From a virus: a stretch of 45,525 nucleotides of DNA. Positions 8,086-15,559 of the stretch are shown piece by piece. Each line of letters starts with the position of its first letter. Position 1 is the first letter of the stretch. The position numbers and the translations under genes were made by a program. The stretch lies in the IMG/VR virus record IMGVR_UViG_3300024222_000002; one strand, given 5' to 3'. Under the pieces are notes generated by a model. That model was not told the origin of the DNA and searched no databases. It saw only the letters and a program-made list of their open reading frames with translations.

Positions 8086-8290
8086 AATCAAAGACTGGCG
8101 AGACGACCTGCGGGTTGGCGATTTGACCTATTACAAACAGACTTTGCTGAAGGTCATAAAGGTAATCAACCATCCAGTTGGGCTTAAGCGAAAATACCGT
8201 GGCATGTCCGGCAAGACGGTAAAGTTTCGCAAGATTGGGCGTGTACGCCTAAAGCCGTATGACATTCAGGCCGCCCAGCCGCACGGCTAG
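8075..8290 (+). CDS. Hypothetical basic protein (71 aa)
   Basis: ATG ORF with an 11-nt overlap on the previous gene. Confidence 0.55.
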   Translation: MLIEIKDWRDDLRVGDLTYYKQTLLKVIKVINHPVGLKRKYRGMSGKTVKFRKIGRVRLKPYDIQAAQPHG

Positions 8291-8370
8291 AAGGGACTGC
8301 GAGCCAGTTTGCATAGGCAGGGGAATGAGGAGTTGCGAGCGCGGGGCCGAACTCCAGAAGGCGGTGACGG

Positions 8371-8733
8371 GTGGCGAATAACAAGCTTGAGTTCGATAGT
8401 GTTCCAACGCCGGATTGGTTCCTACGGATATTCGAGGGCTTTCACGATCCGTATCCGCTTGGCTGCGAACAGCCCTTACCGCCGCCCGCTGGCGCGAAAG
8501 TGTTTGCGAACCCTGGTTACTCGCGGAAAAATGTCGCGGCAGAGTTCTGTATTGACCTACACCGCAAGGGACATTTTGTGGTGATGCTTGTTCCGATTGA
8601 AACCTCGACGCAGTTCGCTAAGAAACTGTTTCAATATGGAGTTGAGCGCATGTACTTCGACAGACGCATATTCCCGAATTGCAGAGGCGTCGAACTACTT
8701 GTGTTGACGGGAGAGTGCGCTAATGGAGACTGA
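8371..8733 (+). CDS. Mini phage Dam-family-like methyltransferase (120 aa) with NPGY in place of NPPY
   Basis: 'VPTPDWFLRIFEGFHDPYP...VFANPGYSR...VVMLVPIETSTQF...RRIF' follows the order of conserved blocks in phage N6-adenine MTase (Dam, PF05869-type) proteins but is much shorter. GTG start. Confidence 0.45.
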   Translation: MANNKLEFDSVPTPDWFLRIFEGFHDPYPLGCEQPLPPPAGAKVFANPGYSRKNVAAEFCIDLHRKGHFVVMLVPIETSTQFAKKLFQYGVERMYFDRRIFPNCRGVELLVLTGECANGD

Positions 8734-9382
8734 ACGAATGCGAGCGGCGTTTGACGCATGGCAGGAAAATTATCTCGACGTAAAGCCCTACGACGAAGGG
8801 ATGCGCGATGCGTTTGAAGCGGGATATGCCGTCGCCCTTGCCGCTCCACAGCCCGATAGAACACGGGCGGGAAAGTTAAAGCCGCCGCCTTACAAAGCAT
8901 GGTGCGAAGAGCATGACCAAGCGCCGCCCTGCACAATTTGTGATTACGAAGCCGCCCAGTCGCCAACGTTTGAGGAGTCGCTGCCCCTGCAAGTCGAATT
9001 GCTAGCCAAAGAGTTTCACTATATCTACCAACAAGAAGCGAAGCGGCAAGGCGATGTGCGGCACAAAGACGCCTATGCAGACCTACCGGAGAACATCAAA
9101 GAGTTTGACCGCGTGCTGGCGAGGTATGTTCTGGCTAATTTCGCCGCCCCCACAGCCGAGGAACCGCCGCACACCTGCCCTCATTGTGGCAGTAAGTGCA
9201 AGATTACTCACACAAATGCTGGATGTTTAGAAAAGCTGGCCAACCCAGTCGCAGCGGCACCGGGCGCAGAGAAGCTGGCAGGGGAGCAAGCGATAAAACT
9301 AACACCCCGGCAATGGGGAAAAGTAGCGGATGAGCATGAGGAAGATGAACCGCAGAAAGACATTGAAAAGGGCCTGAAGTAG
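8723..9382 (+). CDS. Hypothetical protein (219 aa), possible RyR-like helical segment
   Basis: 'LAKEFHYIYQQEAKRQGDVRHKDAYADLPENIKEFDRVLARYVL' is reminiscent of bacterial/phage RyR-domain repeats. Also contains 'CPHCGSKC'. Confidence 0.55.
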   Translation: METERMRAAFDAWQENYLDVKPYDEGMRDAFEAGYAVALAAPQPDRTRAGKLKPPPYKAWCEEHDQAPPCTICDYEAAQSPTFEESLPLQVELLAKEFHYIYQQEAKRQGDVRHKDAYADLPENIKEFDRVLARYVLANFAAPTAEEPPHTCPHCGSKCKITHTNAGCLEKLANPVAAAPGAEKLAGEQAIKLTPRQWGKVADEHEEDEPQKDIEKGLK

Positions 9383-9408
9383 GAGTACAACTTTTAGCGA
9401 GGTGACGA

Positions 9409-9834
9409 ATGAAGAAATACGCAGTCCTGCTTTTAGTTCTAATCCCCTTCCTGGCTGGATGCCCCAAAGACCCCTACCGCGCCGCAATTCAAGGTTCCGC
9501 TGATGTCAGCAATGCCGTGAGTTCCGGCATCAAAATCACCGCTTCCTACTACTCTGCCGGAACGTTCAATGACACCCAGAAGGCGACTGCGGCAAAGTAT
9601 TTCACTGTCGTCACCGACTGCAATATGACCTTCCGCAAGGCCGTGACGGACGTTCACAATGCAGGGCAGACTGGTACGCAAGCGTTCTTGCCGATTGCCG
9701 ATAGCTTCGTGAATTGCGTAAGAAATTCTGCGCCTGTGGCGGGCGACCCGAAAGTAGCGAACGTATTGACAGCCACCGATTCTGCTATTCGCGGCATAGA
9801 GCTTGCAATCGCCAGTGCGAAAGGAACGAAATAA
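9409..9834 (+). CDS. Lipoprotein (141 aa)
   Basis: 'MKKYAVLLLVLIPFLAGC' is a signal peptide plus an L-A-G-C lipobox. Confidence 0.8.
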   Translation: MKKYAVLLLVLIPFLAGCPKDPYRAAIQGSADVSNAVSSGIKITASYYSAGTFNDTQKATAAKYFTVVTDCNMTFRKAVTDVHNAGQTGTQAFLPIADSFVNCVRNSAPVAGDPKVANVLTATDSAIRGIELAIASAKGTK

Positions 9835-10004
9835 TGGACCCCAACCTTGTCGTGAATCTCGCTTTAACCGCTCTTAACGAAGTGCTCTCCATCATCGCCC
9901 ATATTCGCGCTCAAGGCGGGATGACCACGGAGCAAATCGCCGCACTAGCAGACCAGCAGGACCTCGCCAATAAAGACGCAATCAAGGCTCTTCTCGCGCT
10001 TTAG
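9834..10004 (+). CDS. Hypothetical protein (56 aa)
   Basis: TAATG junction with the lipoprotein gene. Last gene of the + unit. Confidence 0.5.
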   Translation: MDPNLVVNLALTALNEVLSIIAHIRAQGGMTTEQIAALADQQDLANKDAIKALLAL

Positions 10005-10038
10005 GTCATGGAGGCGCTTCATGGCCGGAAAAGGAGAG

Positions 10039-10072
10039 AGGGGCGTTAGTCGGGAAGTTGACCAGCGCCCCT
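10039..10072. terminator. Hairpin between the convergent units (likely intrinsic terminator for the - unit)
   Basis: aggggcg (10039..10045) pairs with cgcccct (10066..10072). On the - strand the hairpin is followed by ctctcctttt. Confidence 0.5.
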
Positions 10073-10092
10073 TACTGCACTGAGGGGAACTC

Positions 10093-10548
10093 TTAGTTGG
10101 CAGTTATTTGCAACGTCGCCGACTGAGCAGTCAGAGGCGTATCGCTGACCACGTCGCTCGCCGTCAAGCCGTTACCCGCGTCCGTACCCGTAATAGTTGC
10201 CGTGCCGGGGCCTACCGCAGTCACTAGACCTGAAGTAGCATCCACTGTGGCAATCGCGGGGTCGCTCGACGTGAAGCTGACCGCACCGACCGGAGGCAGT
10301 TTCGCGCCGGTACCGTTGAGGCCGCTCCATTCCTGAAATACCGCCGTGGCGGTTGCACCGATGGTTAGCGTTGCTGGCATGATTTTGTTTCCTTTCGAGT
10401 CTTGAATTTGTAAAGTCGCTGACTGTGCTCTTGGTTCTGAAAGCCGTGTTAAAAGCTCTACAAGCTCTTCGATGGCGCTCGCAATGCGCCCAGCGGCATT
10501 CCTAATCATGCCGAGGTCGTAAACTTCCAACTTCTCCCAATCGGTCAA
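10093..10548 (-). CDS. Bacterial Ig-like (Big_2-type) domain protein (151 aa)
   Basis: 'VSFTSSDPAIATVDATSGLVTAVGPGTATITGTDAGNGLTAS' is a typical Big_2 signature. Confidence 0.75.
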   Translation of the reverse strand: MTDWEKLEVYDLGMIRNAAGRIASAIEELVELLTRLSEPRAQSATLQIQDSKGNKIMPATLTIGATATAVFQEWSGLNGTGAKLPPVGAVSFTSSDPAIATVDATSGLVTAVGPGTATITGTDAGNGLTASDVVSDTPLTAQSATLQITAN

Positions 10549-10736
10549 TGCCCTACCCTCACGTTACCGAGGCCCGCAAATAGGCCAAATACATTCAGAA
10601 GCCATAGCACAACGGCGATGACCACCACGATGTTGATGATTTTCTTGATGGGATCGGCCATCGGGATGTAGGTATTCGCCAGCCAGAGCAGGACTCCGAC
10701 GACGATGAGCGTGATAACTATCGTAATGAGCGGCAT
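10545..10736 (-). CDS. Two-TM small membrane protein (63 aa), resembles the Thivi_2564 membrane-protein family
   Basis: 'ITLIVVGVLLWLANTYIPM...IINIVVVIAVVLWLLNVFGLF'. Confidence 0.65.
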   Translation of the reverse strand: MPLITIVITLIVVGVLLWLANTYIPMADPIKKIINIVVVIAVVLWLLNVFGLFAGLGNVRVGH

Positions 10737-10791
10737 GATGGCCTCATTTTTACCTGTTCACCGCCATAATGTCTGTTCACTATGGCGCACG

Positions 10792-11193
10792 TCAAGATAA
10801 AATCTCAATCGTCACAGAATCTCCCGCCGAGAACGCAGCGGCAATATTTTCATACAGCGCATCGAAGGCCAGTCGGCTCTCGCCTATCCAGCAGGGATTG
10901 GCCGGAGTCCATGTTCTGCCTACGAGGATGCAGCCTTCGGTGTTGGCTTCGTCGTTTCCCCAGTGAATGAGTATGTTTGAGCGATTGGGGATGCCGTCGA
11001 TATGCGGTACGTTCCGTCCGAACCTCGGAGAAACTCTATTTGCAACGAGAAAGATTCCAGTCGGTATCGCACTCCCTGGTAAACCATCGCGTACTGGCAA
11101 TTCGAGTGTGTGGCATTCGATGACGTTTTCGACATACAGTTCTCCTATCGTGCACGTTTCGTTCATCAGCTTGCGCTCAAGGGTCAGTTTCAA
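10792..11193 (-). CDS. DUF5675-like protein; candidate cell-wall enzyme/endolysin
   Basis: 'LTLERK...TIGEL...CHTLELP...SAIPTGIF...RSNILIHWGNDEANTEGCILVG' matches the DUF5675 pattern. The His...T-x-G-C-I arrangement resembles a YkuD-type catalytic motif. TTG start overlaps the upstream TGA. Confidence 0.55.
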   Translation of the reverse strand: MKLTLERKLMNETCTIGELYVENVIECHTLELPVRDGLPGSAIPTGIFLVANRVSPRFGRNVPHIDGIPNRSNILIHWGNDEANTEGCILVGRTWTPANPCWIGESRLAFDALYENIAAAFSAGDSVTIEILS

Positions 11194-11339
11194 GGCTTCT
11201 TCCTCTTCGGGTAGTTCTTCATCTGCTCTTTAATCAGCTTCACGCACTCCTCGCAGTAATCAACAGGTATCTCGCCGTTCAGCCGCACGGTGTGGATTTC
11301 GCTCTTGGGCACGTTCTTGCCGCACTTAGCGCAAATCAC
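11190..11339 (-). CDS. Zinc-ribbon mini-protein (49 aa; below the ORF-track cutoff)
   Basis: Hand translation gives (V/M)ICAKCGKNVPKSEIHTVRLNGEIPVDYCEECVKLIKEQMKNYPKRKKP. GTGA overlap upstream and TTGA overlap downstream. Confidence 0.5.
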   Translation of the reverse strand: MICAKCGKNVPKSEIHTVRLNGEIPVDYCEECVKLIKEQMKNYPKRKKP

Positions 11340-11731
11340 CGCTTGCTCCAGAACACGATTACCCAGCCTATCGCGGCAAGCGCCAGCATGAGGACTTTGT
11401 CCATCGTCCAGCGGTTCGTTGCCACGCCGCCCGTCTTCAAAGATTCTATCTTCTCTTCCAGTCCCCTGAACCGCGAATCAGCTTCGGCTCTTGGCACCAG
11501 CGTTGCCGCTTGATCTTTAAGCTGGCCACGGAACTCGTTTACACTGTCGAACCGCTTCTCTGTTGCAATCTCCGCCTTGGCTACAGCTTTCTCGCTGGCC
11601 GTCAAAGCAAGGGAAGTCTTTTCATCCATTGCCTTGAACCGCTGCTCATAGCGCACGTCACGCTCATCCATGATGGAAACGATGGAATTTATCTTCTCCA
11701 GCAATTCGCGCGAAGTGAGGTCATCAGCCAT
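11336..11731 (-). CDS. Coiled-coil protein with a C-terminal TM anchor (131 aa)
   Basis: Helical heptad-like body. C-terminal 'VLMLALAAIGWVIVFW'. Confidence 0.6.
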   Translation of the reverse strand: MADDLTSRELLEKINSIVSIMDERDVRYEQRFKAMDEKTSLALTASEKAVAKAEIATEKRFDSVNEFRGQLKDQAATLVPRAEADSRFRGLEEKIESLKTGGVATNRWTMDKVLMLALAAIGWVIVFWSKR

Positions 11732-12323
11732 GTTCTCTCCGCATCTTAACGCCTACCGCCAGAAAAGCAACGACACAAAACGCTGTGGGGACTATCCAAC
11801 CTGATTCCATCCATCCTGCATCGGGCTTCTCGATGAGCCACGCCCAGAAGAAGGCCGACAAACTCATCCACAGGATACCCAGAATGAAATACACGTCGAT
11901 TCTCTTGCCGGAGAAAAACGACACGCTCGCCAGTATGAAGCCAAGCCCGTAAAATATGGCTGCCCTGAGGAACATGAGCCAGTCGTTAAAATCCATTGTT
12001 CTGTGGATACCAAAGAAGATTGAGCGCGAGATAAACAGCGTGACGAGGACGGCAAGGGACATCCGCCTCAGGCGGTAGGTGTAGCCGAGGATAGCCTCCC
12101 AGACGACGCCCAGAGCCGCTAGGACGATAGGAATCGTAAAAGACAGGTAAATTACCGAGTAGACGCGGGAAGAGTCGCCAGCGGCGTTTACAACCCAGCT
12201 ACCGGCTATTGTGGCGAGGAGTTCAACTGCGAAGTAGAAGAAGATGATGGGATGCCTCCACGAACGCCATGCCGCAAATGAGCAAGCGCCGAGCAAGCAC
12301 CCCACTCTCAGAAGTTCAATCAA
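11724..12323 (-). CDS. Polytopic membrane protein (199 aa, about 6 TM)
   Basis: Repeated hydrophobic segments across the whole length. Confidence 0.65.
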   Translation of the reverse strand: MIELLRVGCLLGACSFAAWRSWRHPIIFFYFAVELLATIAGSWVVNAAGDSSRVYSVIYLSFTIPIVLAALGVVWEAILGYTYRLRRMSLAVLVTLFISRSIFFGIHRTMDFNDWLMFLRAAIFYGLGFILASVSFFSGKRIDVYFILGILWMSLSAFFWAWLIEKPDAGWMESGWIVPTAFCVVAFLAVGVKMRREHG

Positions 12324-12511
12324 TCGTCCTTTTTCTGCGTAGCGGAGATGGTGAACTTGGTGCCCTTGGCGACGAAGTACGCTACATCTTCGGCGGAAAG
12401 GTCAGTGAACTTGCAGATGCCGTTCGGCCCTACAAGGGTGACGGTATCTTTTGACATCTCTTTCACTTCAAAAACGCCCACGACTTCACGGGGCGGCGGA
12501 TTTCCGGACAA
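12320..12511 (-). CDS. Hypothetical protein (63 aa)
   Basis: 4-nt overlap with the downstream gene. Confidence 0.5.
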   Translation of the reverse strand: MSGNPPPREVVGVFEVKEMSKDTVTLVGPNGICKFTDLSAEDVAYFVAKGTKFTISATQKKDD

Positions 12512-12520
12512 GGTATCCTC

Positions 12521-12874
12521 CTATGGTTGCGATTTCCACTGATGCCCGTTAATGCGCGACTGCAAATACTTTATATCGCCGCGCAAACCGACCACCAGTT
12601 CGTTTAGGCTGCCTATTTTAGTCCAACTTTCTCTTTCTTGCTCGTGCAATTTATCTTCAAATTCCCTTGCCGCACGCCGCATCTCGTCTTCTAGTTCTGA
12701 ATTGAGTTTAACGAGCCGGTCGATGTCGGCTTGTTTGCCCATATCCCTTTTTATTTGCTCGATAGCAGCCGTTAGCTTATTCTCCACTTCTTCCGGCTTG
12801 AGCAACCATCGCATAAAGAGAAACGTTATGATGGGCACGACGACCGGATAGCCGTATTGAAGAACCGGGTTCAC
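12521..12874 (-). CDS. N-terminal-TM coiled-coil protein (117 aa), i-spanin-like topology
   Basis: 'YPVVVPIITFLFMRWLL' followed by a charged helical region. Confidence 0.45.
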   Translation of the reverse strand: MNPVLQYGYPVVVPIITFLFMRWLLKPEEVENKLTAAIEQIKRDMGKQADIDRLVKLNSELEDEMRRAAREFEDKLHEQERESWTKIGSLNELVVGLRGDIKYLQSRINGHQWKSQP

Positions 12875-13227
12875 GGCTTTGGCGCCAGAACTTCCTTAAC
12901 CTCTGCCGGAGGCAATGGCGCTGTCACAGGCTTGGTCATCTTCCAAACCATTTCGTTGATGACGCATTGCTTGATGAACACCCATGTGGCAGTAAAGGCC
13001 GCGCCAAGGGTCAATCCATTGATGACGAGCGTATGCGTTTCTGGCGACCAGACGTAACTGATTCCGACTGAGGCCAGAACCGCTCCAAATGCAGAGATAA
13101 ACCGCAGCAGAACGATTTTCTCTTTTGTAATCCACGGAAAGTATTTGGAGTTTTTGAGCCACTGGATAGCGGCCACAGTGATGCCGCTAGCCGTCACCGT
13201 CGTTAGAGCCAGGTTTGCATCCGCCAT
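12871..13227 (-). CDS. Three-TM small membrane protein (118 aa), holin candidate
   Basis: Three hydrophobic segments and a charged C-terminus. First gene after the fibre genes. Confidence 0.5.
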   Translation of the reverse strand: MADANLALTTVTASGITVAAIQWLKNSKYFPWITKEKIVLLRFISAFGAVLASVGISYVWSPETHTLVINGLTLGAAFTATWVFIKQCVINEMVWKMTKPVTAPLPPAEVKEVLAPKP

Positions 13228-13267
13228 CTATCCCCCTTGGCCTTCAGTTTACCGAAAGAAAGTCGCT

Positions 13268-15559
13268 TCATTGTAATCTTAGCCAGTTGCAGCCGCCCGC
13301 TGCGGGGCTTACAAGTTGAGCCTGCAAAATGGCAGTTGAATTAGCGGCGAGAGTTGAATTTGCTGCTCCGTTAATTGTCTGAGTTCCAAACGGAACGAGC
13401 GTGGATGCGACTGCGTTGATATTCGTAATCCTAGTTATATCATCCATCGTCAAGCCTTCGCACGATTGCAATGTGAAGTTGCCTGCACCGAAATTAAGAA
13501 TTGCTGCCTGATCTGCATCTACTTGCTGTGGCGCTACCGCCGTCCCTGCGACTGACAGAGTGCCGATAGCAGTATTTTGATTCCACGCAGTAAAAGATGT
13601 GGCCGTAACTGAGAGAGCGTACCAGCAGCCTAAACCGGCACTATTTGCGAAAGTGCTATTGTAGGTCGTCGGTGTTATTCCAGCTACCGTAATGCACTGA
13701 CCGGCCGTAAACGTATTAGCCGCAGTAGTGAATGTCATCACATTCCCCGTTTCCGAGGCTGCGGTTACTGCAACGGCGGCGGAGGCAGGAGCGACATAAA
13801 CGTTAGCTGTACTTAAATTGTGATTTCCAAAATAGCGATTGATTCCGCGTTGTGTAATCCACGTCAATACATCCGCACCGGCTTGTGTAGGGTGCAGGAA
13901 GTCTCCTTGGAAATACGAAGCATTCGATGCCGCACCATCTGCTCCCAATGCCACGGTTCCGCCTAAGTCGATACAATAATCAGCTATATTTGAACAGTTC
14001 TTCCTGATCAAAAGATTGGTGGCATTCTTAAAGGCGTCCGAACTGCCCTTATCCATCATAGTCATCACGATGCGAGACTGTCTTCCACATGGAGCCGTAG
14101 TTAATTGGCCGAAAATACCACGGATATTGCCAAAAACTGTTGTCGCCACGGAATCATTTGCTCCGGTAAGTAAAACTACCGCCGACCTTCCACCTGCGGT
14201 GCTACAGGTAGAACCACCAGTCCCTAGCGCGCCGAGATTAAGTTGGGACGCAAATATTCCGCTGATACCAAGATTGGCCACACTCCAAGTCCCGTTTAAT
14301 CCAACAGCACGGGTTGGCCATGAAATGAAACCCGCCCCCGCCGTGGTAGAATCACCGTAAGCCCAAACAAGATCACCCGTGTCGCTTCTATAGGGGAGAG
14401 GATTAATCCCCCTAGCAAGCATTGCCTGCTGTAGTGCGACATGGTTTTGAAAAATCTGCGCGCTGTTTAAGGCTCCACTATAGAAAAGAGCCGAATATAT
14501 CTTCCCATTGAAATAGGTTTGCGAAGTGTTACCCGCTCCGCCTGCCGCTCCGCATAAAGCGTACACTCCAGTCGTTTGCTTGTTTAAGCCATTCCCGACT
14601 GACCCTGAAGAGGTAGCAAATCCATTGTTATAAAGAGTATCTGCCGCACTCAAAACAATTGCTACATCCTGAATACCTGCGATTTCTGCAATCCCCTGGT
14701 CGAACCGCACTCCTCCACCGGAGAAATTGTTAACGAAACTTCCAAATGAAGTGGCGGCAGGATTGGCGGTAGTCGTCTGAATAACAATTCCTACACCGCT
14801 TGTAGCGGGTGTGCCGTTTCCCATGACTGGCGCATAAAATCCTTGAGCCAATCCCGCCGGCTGAAAGCCTATCTCTAACTGGATAGTTACGGCAGAATTT
14901 AAGGTAGCTGGTAACGCAATCGCCCCATTTCCAGGACAGCTTATTCCTCCCGTATTTGCGACCAACGTGGGGGCGGTGCCTACTGTTCCGGTCGCATCAT
15001 TTCCCGCGCCGGAGTAATCCTTTAGCGATGCAATCGTATCTGTGGGAAGGGCTTGGTAGTATCCAATTAGGCCAGTTTGATAGACTGAGGGAGAGACGGA
15101 AGAGAGGCCTCCACTGGTTTTAAGTTGTACGGTTCCAGCCGCACTAACCGTTGTTCCGACATCCTGCGTTGCACCGGAAATGGTTATGCCAGAAGAAGAG
15201 AAGTTCAGCGTTCCATTTCCTGCTGGAGGCGCTGCGCCAGAAGCCTGTACGGTGAATATCCACGTCGTTGATGCTGGAACGATATTTGCATTAGGCCAAA
15301 GCGCCATTGAGAAAAAGCCGGAATTGCTCGTGCTGGTCGGGCCAACGCAATAGTTAGAGCCAGGATTGGGATTTACGGCATTTCCGCCTACTGTGGGGTT
15401 GAGCGTTGACGGAGAAAGACAGGCTTTAACCGTTGCTGGATAATAAGCTACTCCGCTTGGGTCAACGAGCGTCCCTGAAACAAGCGTTTGGGTTTGCGCT
15501 TCTATTCTTCCTGCCAGAAACAAAAACAAAGCTGCAATCAGTATCTTTCGCATATTCAA
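13268..15559 (-). CDS. Signal-peptide-bearing fibre/depolymerase-like protein with LamG-like and SGNH (GDSL) esterase domains (763 aa)
   Basis: 'MNMRKILIAALFLFLAGRIEA|QTQ'. 'DYSGAGNDATG...FNGKIYSALFYSGALNSAQI' is LamG_3-like. SGNH blocks 'VWAYGDSTTAG', 'LLTGANDS' and 'GDFLHPTQAG' map to about 13850..14371. Confidence 0.7.
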   Translation of the reverse strand: MNMRKILIAALFLFLAGRIEAQTQTLVSGTLVDPSGVAYYPATVKACLSPSTLNPTVGGNAVNPNPGSNYCVGPTSTSNSGFFSMALWPNANIVPASTTWIFTVQASGAAPPAGNGTLNFSSSGITISGATQDVGTTVSAAGTVQLKTSGGLSSVSPSVYQTGLIGYYQALPTDTIASLKDYSGAGNDATGTVGTAPTLVANTGGISCPGNGAIALPATLNSAVTIQLEIGFQPAGLAQGFYAPVMGNGTPATSGVGIVIQTTTANPAATSFGSFVNNFSGGGVRFDQGIAEIAGIQDVAIVLSAADTLYNNGFATSSGSVGNGLNKQTTGVYALCGAAGGAGNTSQTYFNGKIYSALFYSGALNSAQIFQNHVALQQAMLARGINPLPYRSDTGDLVWAYGDSTTAGAGFISWPTRAVGLNGTWSVANLGISGIFASQLNLGALGTGGSTCSTAGGRSAVVLLTGANDSVATTVFGNIRGIFGQLTTAPCGRQSRIVMTMMDKGSSDAFKNATNLLIRKNCSNIADYCIDLGGTVALGADGAASNASYFQGDFLHPTQAGADVLTWITQRGINRYFGNHNLSTANVYVAPASAAVAVTAASETGNVMTFTTAANTFTAGQCITVAGITPTTYNSTFANSAGLGCWYALSVTATSFTAWNQNTAIGTLSVAGTAVAPQQVDADQAAILNFGAGNFTLQSCEGLTMDDITRITNINAVASTLVPFGTQTINGAANSTLAANSTAILQAQLVSPAAGGCNWLRLQ

